A DNA stretch of 64,000 nucleotides from an uncultured Acidobacteriota bacterium (lineage in GTDB: Bacteria; Acidobacteriota; Vicinamibacteria; Vicinamibacterales; CAVPJW01), in NCBI GenBank assembly GCA_963826865.1, contig CAWGYQ010000016.1, positions 14,855-78,854 on the forward strand, in the 5' to 3' direction. A program made the position numbers and the translations under genes. The notes under the pieces are model-generated. The model made no database searches. It saw only the letters and a list, made by a program, of their open reading frames with translations, and had not been told where the DNA came from. Shown here piece after piece: positions 9,694-17,677 of this stretch (position 1 is the stretch's first letter; each line of letters opens with the position of its first letter).

Positions 9694-10179
9694 CTACCGG
9701 GCCGCGATGAAGTCGATCTCCACCCGCGCGTTGCGCGGAAGAGCCGCCACCTGCACCGTGGATCGAACCGGTGGAGTGCCGCCGGCGGGGAAGTAGCTGC
9801 CGTAGGCTTCATTGACCGCGGCGAAGTCCTTGAGGTCCGCCAGATAGATGGTCGTCTTCACGACGTGCTCGTAGCCGAGACCGGCCTCTTTCAGGAGCGC
9901 GCCGAGATTTTCCATGGCACGCTTGGCTTCGGGTACGGTGCCGCCCTCGACGAGATTGCCCGTGGCGGGATCGAGTCCGATCTGTCCGCTGAGAAAGACC
10001 AGATTTCCTGTTGCAATGCCGGGTGTATACGGACCGATTGGCTTGACGACCCCGACGAGCGCCTTCTTCTGCCCGCCCGGGGCGGATCCGCCTTGTGGCG
10101 CCGCCGAGACGCCGATGGCCATCGTGAGGCCGAGACCCAGGAGACATCCGAGGAGCACCAGTGCGATTCGTGATTTCAT
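9694..10179 (-). CDS. RidA/YjgF/UK114-family protein with an N-terminal signal peptide
   Basis: MKSRIALVLLGCLLGLGLTMAIGVSAA is followed by the RidA core: PIGPYTPGIATGNLVFLSGQIGLDP ... TTIYLADLKDFAAVNEAY ... PVRSTVQVAALPRNARVEIDFIA. Confidence 0.85.
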   Translation of the reverse strand: MKSRIALVLLGCLLGLGLTMAIGVSAAPQGGSAPGGQKKALVGVVKPIGPYTPGIATGNLVFLSGQIGLDPATGNLVEGGTVPEAKRAMENLGALLKEAGLGYEHVVKTTIYLADLKDFAAVNEAYGSYFPAGGTPPVRSTVQVAALPRNARVEIDFIAAR

Positions 10180-10279
10180 GACGAGCCTCGAAAAAGAGCG
10201 TTACCGGACGTGGCGGCTGATTATACGGCGCGGTTCGGTTGACCGCGGCGGAGGGGCAACCTAACATGAGCGACTTCTC

Positions 10280-11992
10280 ATGACAGACCTCATCTTTGTC
10301 CGCTGCGGTGTCGGCCCGGCCATCATCCTGGCCACCGGCATGCTGGCGTGCGGCGGTCAGGATCGATCGGCGCCGTCGGCGCCGGTCACGCTGGCGGTGG
10401 TCAATGCTCGGGTGTGGACGGCCAACCCTGCGCAGCCATGGGCTGAAGCGCTCGCTGTCAGCGGTGGGCGGATTGCCGCGGTCGGATCGACCACTGAGGT
10501 TCGGTCGCTCGCTGGTTCGAGTCGGGTCATCGATGCCGGCGGAGCGCTCGTCACGCCCGGCTTCATCGATTCGCACGTGCATTTCGTCGAGGGCGGCTTT
10601 CGCCTCTCCTCCGTGCAGCTGCGTGATGCGAAGACGCCCGAAGAATTCCAGGCGCGCATTCGCGACTTTGCCGCCACCGTGGCGCCGGGGACATGGATTA
10701 CCGGCGGCGACTGGGATCACGAGCTCTGGGGCGGCGAGCTGCCCAGACGCGAGTGGGTGGATCGCGCGACCCCGAACCATCCGGTGTGGGTGAACAGGCT
10801 CGATGGCCATATGGCGCTTGCCAACAGCGCGGCGCTTCGGGCTGCGGGCGTCACTCGTCAGACGAAAGATGTCGTCGGCGGCGAGATCGTCCGCGACAGG
10901 CGAGGCGAACCGACGGGGGTGTTGAAGGACAACGCCATGAGCTTCGTCGACAAGGTGGTGCCTCCTCCCGACCCGGCGCTGAGCGATCGCGCGCTCCAGG
11001 CGGCCATGCGCCATGTCGCCGAACAGGGCGTCACCTCCGTCCACAACATGGGCTCCTGGAGCGATCTCGAGATCTTCGGCCGGGCACGCAAGGCATCCGC
11101 GCTGCAGACGCGCATCTATGCCGTGGTGCCTCTCCCCGACTGGGAGCGGCTGCGCGATGCCGTCCGATCGCGTGAGTATGGTCCCGACGGACGTGGGGAC
11201 AGCTGGCTGAGGGTTGGCGGCCTCAAGGGCTTCGTGGACGGCTCGCTGGGATCCCACACGGCCGCGTTTCACGTGCCGTTTTCCGACGCGCCCAAGGACC
11301 GAGGGTTTTTCGTCAACACCGCCGAAAATCTCTACTCGTGGATCTCTGGTGCCGATCGAGCCGGCCTGCACGTGATGGTTCATGCGATAGGCGACCGCGC
11401 CAACGAGACCCTGCTCGACATTTACGAGCGAGTCGTGCGCGAGAACGGGCCACGCGACCGACGGTTTCGGATCGAGCACGCACAGCATCTCGCGCCTTCG
11501 GACATCCCGCGCTTTGGCGGCCTCGGCGTGATTGCGAGCATGCAGCCGTATCACGCCATCGACGACGGTCGCTGGGCCGAACGGGTGATTGGTCCCGTGC
11601 GCATCAAGACTACCTACGCGTTTCGCTCGCTCCTCGATGCCAAAGCGCACCTCGCATTCGGAAGTGACTGGTTCGTTGCACCGCCCACGCCGCTCGAGGG
11701 TATCTACGCTGCCGTGACCCGGCGGACGATCGATGGCGCGAATCCGTCGGGGTGGGTGAGCGAGCAGAAGATCGGCGTCGAGGAGGCGCTCAGGGCTTAC
11801 ACGTCTGAAGCCGCGTTCGCGTCGTTCGAGGAATCGTCGAAGGGAGCGCTGGTCGCGGGGTATATCGCCGACTTCGTCGTGATCGATCGCGACCTGTTCA
11901 AGATTGCGCCGGTCGAGATTCGGGAGGCGAGGGTGTCGCTGACCGTGGTCGATGGCAAGGTGGTGTTCGAGCGTGCCGCCCCGAGCCAGTAG
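10280..11992 (+). CDS. Amidohydrolase-3 family hydrolase, lipoprotein (paralog of 6942..8693)
   Basis: Lipobox ATGMLACGG. Motifs: IDSHVHFVEGG, HAIGDRANE, IEHAQHL, FGSDW. Confidence 0.85.
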   Translation: MTDLIFVRCGVGPAIILATGMLACGGQDRSAPSAPVTLAVVNARVWTANPAQPWAEALAVSGGRIAAVGSTTEVRSLAGSSRVIDAGGALVTPGFIDSHVHFVEGGFRLSSVQLRDAKTPEEFQARIRDFAATVAPGTWITGGDWDHELWGGELPRREWVDRATPNHPVWVNRLDGHMALANSAALRAAGVTRQTKDVVGGEIVRDRRGEPTGVLKDNAMSFVDKVVPPPDPALSDRALQAAMRHVAEQGVTSVHNMGSWSDLEIFGRARKASALQTRIYAVVPLPDWERLRDAVRSREYGPDGRGDSWLRVGGLKGFVDGSLGSHTAAFHVPFSDAPKDRGFFVNTAENLYSWISGADRAGLHVMVHAIGDRANETLLDIYERVVRENGPRDRRFRIEHAQHLAPSDIPRFGGLGVIASMQPYHAIDDGRWAERVIGPVRIKTTYAFRSLLDAKAHLAFGSDWFVAPPTPLEGIYAAVTRRTIDGANPSGWVSEQKIGVEEALRAYTSEAAFASFEESSKGALVAGYIADFVVIDRDLFKIAPVEIREARVSLTVVDGKVVFERAAPSQ

Positions 11993-12140
11993 GGAGCGCC
12001 GCCTGGTGTCCGTCACGCCATACGGCTCTTCGTCACCTGTCTGCGGGCTCCCGTCATCGCCAAGGCGGCGGGCCGGCGCGCCAAGCACTGTTCCCGAATG
12101 GGACATGCCGCGCGAGACCCGCAGATTGTGGATCTGACTG

Positions 12141-12169
12141 TTGACCCCGATCGGTTGCGTCGATATACT
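12141..12169 (+). promoter_or_regulatory. Sigma-70-type promoter upstream of the asd operon leader
   Basis: TTGACC (12141-12146), a 17-nt spacer, then TATACT (12164-12169). Confidence 0.45.
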
Positions 12170-12178
12170 GGGCGACCA

Positions 12179-12271
12179 ATGGCCTCGCGCCTGATTTCCA
12201 CCGGCACAATGACAGGCACCCGAATCATGCGAATTCGGGGCGTCGGTGGTGTCTCAGTGCTCGAACCGTAG
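12179..12271 (+). promoter_or_regulatory. Candidate leader peptide ORF (30 codons, rich in Thr, Ile and Met) of a transcription attenuator
   Basis: Encodes MASRLISTGTMTGTRIMRIRGVGGVSVLEP. Thr is at codons 8, 10, 12 and 14; Ile at 6, 16 and 19; Met at 11 and 17. Segment 12242-12249 can pair either with 12198-12205 or with the 5' arm of the terminator (12301-12308). Confidence 0.4.
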
Positions 12272-12298
12272 ATCACGTTCAAGTCAAACGAGCTCAGA

Positions 12299-12333
12299 AC
12301 CCGCCGACAAGCAGTGTCGGCGGGTTTTTTTTT
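12299..12333 (+). terminator. Intrinsic terminator (attenuator) 23 nt upstream of asd
   Basis: ACCCGCCGACA, loop AGCAG, TGTCGGCGGGT, followed by nine T residues (12325-12333). Confidence 0.7.
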
Positions 12334-12355
12334 GCTCTGACGAAATGGAGACGGC

Positions 12356-13405
12356 ATGTTGGCTGAACAGCTTGAAGTGGGCGTCCTCGGCGCAACGGGT
12401 ACCGTCGGTCAGCAGTTTGCGCATCTGCTGGCCGGCCATCCCTGGTTCCGAATCTCGTGGCTGGCGGCCAGTCAACGATCGGAAGGACTTCGATACGGCG
12501 ATGCCGCCTGGCGGCTGTCGGTGCCGATGCCGGAGGAGGTTCGGGATCTGAAAGTGGACACGGCCGCGCCGGGACGCGGCCCGCGCCTGCTGTTCTCGGC
12601 GCTCGACTCGTCCGTCGCGGGTCCGCTCGAAGCCGAGCTCGCGGCCGCGGGGCACATCGTGGTCAGCAATGCACGCAATCACCGCATGAGCGCGGATGTC
12701 CCCCTTCTCGTGCCCGAGATCAATCCCGATCATCTCTCATTGCTGAGCGAGCAGCGTCGCGCTCACGGATGGCCGGGCGCCATCGTCACGAATCCGAACT
12801 GCTCCACTGTCTTTCTCGCCATGGTGCTGGCGGCGCTGCGTCCACTGAGCCCCGCAAAGGTGACCGTGACGACGCTTCAAGCGGTGTCGGGTGCGGGATA
12901 TCCCGGCGTCGCGTCGCTCGACATCCTGGGCAATGTCGTTCCGAACATCGACGGCGAAGAGGCCAAGATGGAAAGCGAGACGAGGAAGATTCTCGGTCGA
13001 CTGCGTCAGGATCGGGTCGAGCCGCACGAAGTGGTCATCAGCGCGCAGACCACGCGCGTGCCGGTGCTCAACGGCCACACCGAGCTCATTTCGGTCGGGT
13101 TCGACAAGCGCCCCGGGCGCGCGGACGTGCTCGCGGCGCTCAAAGATTTCTCCGGCGTGCCACAGAAACGCGCACTCCCGACGGCCCCGCCTCAGCCCAT
13201 CGTGTATCTCGATCAGGCCGATCGCCCGCAGCCACGGCTCGATGTCGACCGCGACGGCGGCATGGTCGTTTACGTCGGCCGGCTGCGCGAGTGTCCGGTG
13301 CTCGACTACAAGCTCGTGGCGCTCGGCCACAACACCGTGCGGGGGGCGGCTGGCGCCGCCATCCTGAACGCCGAGCTCATGGTCGCGGAGGGGTTCCTTG
13401 ACTGA
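12356..13405 (+). CDS. asd: Aspartate-semialdehyde dehydrogenase
   Basis: 349 aa. Motifs: GATGTVGQ NAD-binding motif, active-site NPNCST, and C-terminal GHNTVRGAAG. Confidence 0.95.
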   Translation: MLAEQLEVGVLGATGTVGQQFAHLLAGHPWFRISWLAASQRSEGLRYGDAAWRLSVPMPEEVRDLKVDTAAPGRGPRLLFSALDSSVAGPLEAELAAAGHIVVSNARNHRMSADVPLLVPEINPDHLSLLSEQRRAHGWPGAIVTNPNCSTVFLAMVLAALRPLSPAKVTVTTLQAVSGAGYPGVASLDILGNVVPNIDGEEAKMESETRKILGRLRQDRVEPHEVVISAQTTRVPVLNGHTELISVGFDKRPGRADVLAALKDFSGVPQKRALPTAPPQPIVYLDQADRPQPRLDVDRDGGMVVYVGRLRECPVLDYKLVALGHNTVRGAAGAAILNAELMVAEGFLD

Positions 13406-14807
13406 TTCGTCGCGTCCGGTCGTGCTGAAGTTCGGCGGCACGTCCGTCACTGATGCGGCCGCCGTACGTCGGCTCACGTCAATCGTGCGTCATGAGGCGC
13501 AGCCGGCGGTTGTGGTGGTGTCCGCGCTGGCCGGCGTCACCGACGCGCTGCTGACGCTTGCCGACCTGGCCCGGGCCGGTGAGCGATCGGAAGTCGATCG
13601 CGCCATCGGCCTGCTGCGGGAACGTCACCTCGAGCTCGCCAATTCGGTGGCCGATCGCGCCAGGCGAGCGCTCGTCGCCGAGGCGGTGAACCGGATGTTC
13701 GATGAGCTGCGGGGCGATGTGGCCATGATTGCAGAGTCGCGGGGCGCGTCGCCCGGCATGCTCGATCGCCTCGCAGCCTCGGGCGAGCTGCTCAGCAGCC
13801 GCATCGTGGCGTCGGCGCTGGCCGGGGCGGGGCTGCCTGCGGCCTGGGTGGACGCCCGGCGGGTCATCGTCACCGACGATGTCCACACGCGGGCCGTGCC
13901 ACAGATGGAGGCGACGTGCCAGTCGGTCGGCCGGGAACTGGCGCCCTATCTCGGGCGGGGATATCTTCCCGTGGTGGGGGGCTTCGTCGGTGCCACTCGA
14001 GATGGCCGAACGACGACGCTCGGGCGGGGCGGCTCCGACTACTCGGCTGCGATCATCGGCGCCTGTCTCGGCGCCCGTGAGATCCAGATCTGGACCGATG
14101 TGGACGGGATGCTGACGGCCGATCCACGTCTGGTCGAGGGTCCACGGCTGGTATCACACCTGTCGTTCGCGCAGGCCTATGAGCTGGCCTATTACGGCGC
14201 CAAGGTGCTCCATCCCGGGACTATCGAACCTGCGGTGGCGCACGATATCCCTGTGCGGGTGCTGAACTCCAGACGGCCGGACGCGATTGGCACGACGATT
14301 ACGGCGACGGCGCCGGTGGCCCACCGTCCGCTGACGGCCCTGGCCGGCAAACACCAGGTCACCGTGCTCGAGATTGAATCGAAGAGCTGGCTGGGCTCGT
14401 CGCACCAGCTCGTTCGTCGTGTGCTCGAGGCGCTCGAGCGCGAGCAGGCGACGCCCATGTTGATGACGGTGGCCGAACAACGCCTCACGGTTGCGTTGGA
14501 CGACCCGCGGGACGTGGAGGCCATCGTCCGCGAAGTGTCGCAGGTTGCCAGCGTGACCTGCCATTCCGAGCTCGGCATCGTATGCGCGGTCGGAGGGCCC
14601 GAGCGCGTCGACGCCGGGCTCGTGGCCGAGATTCTGGGTACGCTCGACGGCCTGGGTCTGCGCATGGTGTCGCAGCCCTCCCTCGGCCGGACGGTCGTCT
14701 TCCTGCTGGATCAGAGGGAGTTGCAAACGGCCATGACTCGGTTGCACGATCACTTCTTCGGGGAGCCTGCAACGGAGGCGCCCGTTGGTTACGGGCACCT
14801 AATTTAG
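13398..14807 (+). CDS. lysC: Aspartate kinase
   Basis: 469 aa. Motifs VVLKFGGTSV and GRGGSDYSAAI, with a C-terminal ACT-like region. Overlaps asd by 8 nt. Confidence 0.95.
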   Translation: MTDSSRPVVLKFGGTSVTDAAAVRRLTSIVRHEAQPAVVVVSALAGVTDALLTLADLARAGERSEVDRAIGLLRERHLELANSVADRARRALVAEAVNRMFDELRGDVAMIAESRGASPGMLDRLAASGELLSSRIVASALAGAGLPAAWVDARRVIVTDDVHTRAVPQMEATCQSVGRELAPYLGRGYLPVVGGFVGATRDGRTTTLGRGGSDYSAAIIGACLGAREIQIWTDVDGMLTADPRLVEGPRLVSHLSFAQAYELAYYGAKVLHPGTIEPAVAHDIPVRVLNSRRPDAIGTTITATAPVAHRPLTALAGKHQVTVLEIESKSWLGSSHQLVRRVLEALEREQATPMLMTVAEQRLTVALDDPRDVEAIVREVSQVASVTCHSELGIVCAVGGPERVDAGLVAEILGTLDGLGLRMVSQPSLGRTVVFLLDQRELQTAMTRLHDHFFGEPATEAPVGYGHLI

Positions 14808-14819
14808 GTTCGAGACTCG

Positions 14820-16184
14820 ATGACCGATCTCACGACGACACATCGGTTCACACCGGGCCGTCCCTGTCGAATCGCCCTGCTCGGGTTCGGCACGGTCGGT
14901 CGCTCCGTGGCCCGTCTTCTCCTCGCGCACCACCATCCTCACCTCACACTGGCAGCCATCTTCAACCGCGACGCCGATCGCAAGAAAGTGGGCTGGATCC
15001 CGCCGAGCGTCCGCTGGACCGGGCGGATCGATGAGGCGCTCGATGAGGCGGACGTGGTCGTGGAAGTCGTTGGCGGCGTGGATCACGCAGGGCATTGGGT
15101 GCGGGCGGCACTCGAGGCGGGCAAGCCCGTCGCCACCGCCAACAAGCAGTTGATCGCGGAGCACGGTGACGAGCTGGTCGATCTGGCGCGCAGCCGAGGA
15201 GTCGCCTTGCGATTCGAGGCCGCGGTGGGCGGCGGTATTCCGGTGGTCCGCGCGATCGAAGACGGTTTGGCGGGGGATCGGCTCGTGAGTGTGGCCGGCG
15301 TGTTGAACGGCACGTGCAACTACATCTTGACCCGCATGGACGAAGCAGGCGCGGCGTTCGGCGACGCGCTCGGCGAGGCGCAGCGCCTCGGCTTCGCCGA
15401 AGCCGACCCCTCGGCCGATGTCGACGGTTTCGATGCTCGCGCCAAGCTCGCGGTGCTCGCACGTCTGGCGCTCGGATGTTCGATTGTGCCCGCCAGCATC
15501 CCGTGCCGCAGTATTGCCGGCCTCAACGCTGGAGACTTCGAACTGGCCCGACTGATGGGCAGCACGATCCGGCAGATTAGCTGGCTCGAAGTCGACGGCG
15601 ACGATCGCGCCGGTCCGGTGACGGCCTGGGTATCGCCAGCCTTCGTCGCCGCAGATTCGCCGTTTGCTGGTCTCTCCGGAGGCCAGAACGTGATCATCAC
15701 GCGCGGGGAATTTGGCGGCGAGACGACGTTTGCCGGCCAGGGAGCGGGCGGAAACCCGACAGCCGTGGCTGTCGTCTCCGACGTGCTCGCGATCGCAGCG
15801 GGAGCCGCCCCGCCGAGGTTGGCAGCCGACGGTCGGCGCGACGTCGTCTGTGACTTCCTGGCCCGGCGCTTCCTCCGCGTGAGCTCAGGTGCGCCGTCTC
15901 TGGCGGTCACGTCGGGCCCCGTGCTGGCTCGTCACGGGTTGTTCGCCGAGGAAGTGTTCGACACGTCCGATGTTTCCCCGGGCGCCCTGGCGGTGATACT
16001 TGCTCCCTGCACCCAGGGTCAGGTGGATGAGGCGCTGGCCGATCTGCGAGCCGCGGCCGCAATGACTGCCGCCGTCACCTTGCCAATCGTCGAGAGTCCC
16101 GAGCTTGGCGCGCAGGCAGGCGCAGTCGAAATCGGTGCAGGCGCTGACGGGAGGCCGGTGGCTTCGACATCCCGATCCGAATGA
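14820..16184 (+). CDS. hom: Homoserine dehydrogenase
   Basis: 454 aa. Motifs LLGFGTVG, TANKQLIA and LNGTCNYIL, with a C-terminal ACT-like tail. Confidence 0.92.
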   Translation: MTDLTTTHRFTPGRPCRIALLGFGTVGRSVARLLLAHHHPHLTLAAIFNRDADRKKVGWIPPSVRWTGRIDEALDEADVVVEVVGGVDHAGHWVRAALEAGKPVATANKQLIAEHGDELVDLARSRGVALRFEAAVGGGIPVVRAIEDGLAGDRLVSVAGVLNGTCNYILTRMDEAGAAFGDALGEAQRLGFAEADPSADVDGFDARAKLAVLARLALGCSIVPASIPCRSIAGLNAGDFELARLMGSTIRQISWLEVDGDDRAGPVTAWVSPAFVAADSPFAGLSGGQNVIITRGEFGGETTFAGQGAGGNPTAVAVVSDVLAIAAGAAPPRLAADGRRDVVCDFLARRFLRVSSGAPSLAVTSGPVLARHGLFAEEVFDTSDVSPGALAVILAPCTQGQVDEALADLRAAAAMTAAVTLPIVESPELGAQAGAVEIGAGADGRPVASTSRSE

Positions 16185-16191
16185 GGACTTC

Positions 16192-17445
16192 ATGAGTTAC
16201 GTCACAGGACTTCAATGCCATCTCTGTCAGGCGCGCTATCCCGCGAAGGCGCTGTGGGTGTGCGAGCGTTGCCTTGGTCCGTTGGACGTGACCTACGACT
16301 ATCCCGCCGTGCGCGGCGTGATGACGCGACAGGCCGTCGAGAGCCGCGCGAGAAACATCTGGCGATACCGCGAGCTGCTGCCGATTGAAGGCGAACCTCG
16401 AACAGGGTTCAACTCGGGCTGCACGCCGCTCGTTCGCGCGAGCAGGCTGGCCGAGCGGCTCGGGGTGGCCGAGCTGTACATCAAGGACGACTCGGTGAAC
16501 CATCCGACCTGCTCGTACAAGGACCGGGTGGTCTCGATCGCCGCGACGCGCGCGGTGGAGCTGGGTTTCGAGGTTTTCGGCTGCGCGTCCACCGGCAATC
16601 TGGCAAACAGCGTCTCGGCCCATGCGGCCCGGCTCGGCCTCGACTGTTTCGTCTTCATTCCGCACGATCTGGAAAGAAACAAGATTCTCGGCTCGGCGGT
16701 GTTCAGGCCGCATATCGTCGCCATCCGCGGCTCGTACGACGACGTCAATCGCCTGTGCACCGAGATTGCGGACCGACACGGCTGGGGTTTCGCCAACATC
16801 AATCTGCGTTCGTACTACGCCGAGGGCGCAAAGACCTACGGCTTCGAGATCGCGGAGCAGCTGGGCTGGCGCTTTCCGCGCCACGTGGTGTCACCCGTGG
16901 CCGGTGGCACGCTGCTGCCGCGCATTGCCAAGGCGTTTCGCGAGCTCCGTGAAGTGGGGCTGGTAGATGACGATCTGCCGGCGATCCACGCGGCTCAGGC
17001 GGAGGGATCGGCGCCGGTCATTCGCGCGCTCGAAGCGGGCCTCGAATTCCCCGAGCCCGTGAAGCCGATGACCATCGCCAAGTCGATCGCCATCGGCAAT
17101 CCTGCGGACGGCTTTCAGGTGTTGCGCACGGTCCGTGAAAGCCGCGGCTCTGGCGCGATGGTCTCCGACGAGGCGATTGTCGAGTGCATTCAGTTGCTGG
17201 CGGAAACCGAAGGGATCTTCACCGAACCCGCGGGCGGCACGACGCTCGCCGCAACCAGGGCGCTGATTGAACGCGGCGCCATCCCTCGAGACGAATCGAT
17301 CGTGGTCTGCATCACCGGCAACGGCTACAAGACCGCGGAAGCGCTTGCGGGCCGCATGGTCGAACCCGTGACGCTGGGACGATCGCTCAAGGAGTTCGAG
17401 GACTACCTGGCTGAAGTCGGTGCGCCGCGCACGGTCCTTTCCTGA
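16192..17445 (+). CDS. thrC: Threonine synthase
   Basis: ORF 16105..17445 trimmed to the ATG at 16192, just after the hom stop. It has an N-terminal Cys4 ribbon (CHLCQ...CERC), the PLP-lysine motif HPTCSYKDR and a PALP-fold core. Confidence 0.92.
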   Translation: MSYVTGLQCHLCQARYPAKALWVCERCLGPLDVTYDYPAVRGVMTRQAVESRARNIWRYRELLPIEGEPRTGFNSGCTPLVRASRLAERLGVAELYIKDDSVNHPTCSYKDRVVSIAATRAVELGFEVFGCASTGNLANSVSAHAARLGLDCFVFIPHDLERNKILGSAVFRPHIVAIRGSYDDVNRLCTEIADRHGWGFANINLRSYYAEGAKTYGFEIAEQLGWRFPRHVVSPVAGGTLLPRIAKAFRELREVGLVDDDLPAIHAAQAEGSAPVIRALEAGLEFPEPVKPMTIAKSIAIGNPADGFQVLRTVRESRGSGAMVSDEAIVECIQLLAETEGIFTEPAGGTTLAATRALIERGAIPRDESIVVCITGNGYKTAEALAGRMVEPVTLGRSLKEFEDYLAEVGAPRTVLS

Positions 17446-17453
17446 CCTATCGC

Positions 17454-17491
17454 GAACCCCACACAGCGTGGTAACGTACCGGGTTCTTTTT
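17454..17491 (+). terminator. Weak terminator-like hairpin after thrC
   Basis: GAACCC ... GGGTTC with a 21-nt loop, followed by TTTTT. Confidence 0.3.
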
Positions 17492-17677
17492 CTCGAGCCG
17501 GCCTCGGTGCAGCCGGCACCACCATAACGGATTCGCCGGCGGCTCAGAGCGCCGGATGACGGTTGGAAACGTCAGCGTGCGCGTCTTCGAGCGCGCTTGG
17601 CGCGTTTGGTCAGCCGATGGCTCGGGTGCGACCGATCCGAATCGGACGCTGATGATTGCCGACAGAGGGGAAGTGCG

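Noticed and set aside
9809-12106. 765-aa minus-strand ORF, the longest unexplained ORF in the first 30 kb.
   Set aside because: It lies antisense to the well-supported amidohydrolase (10280..11992) and RidA genes. Its translation is Arg/Gly/Pro/Asp-rich low-complexity sequence with no recognisable motif. This is a typical high-GC shadow ORF.
12170-12300. A lysine (L-box), SAM or T-box riboswitch upstream of asd-lysC.
   Set aside because: The leader between the putative start site and the terminator is only about 125 nt, too short for an L-box or T-box. I could not find SAM-I-like conserved strings. A Thr/Ile-codon leader ORF with alternative pairings explains the layout better. A cmscan run would be decisive, and I cannot run one.
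14797-14820. GGTTCGAGACT between lysC and hom, which resembles a tRNA T-loop (GGTTCGAnTCC).
   Set aside because: The intergenic gap is only 12 nt. There is no acceptor stem, D-arm or anticodon arm around it. I saw no tRNA-like cloverleaf anywhere in the intergenic regions.
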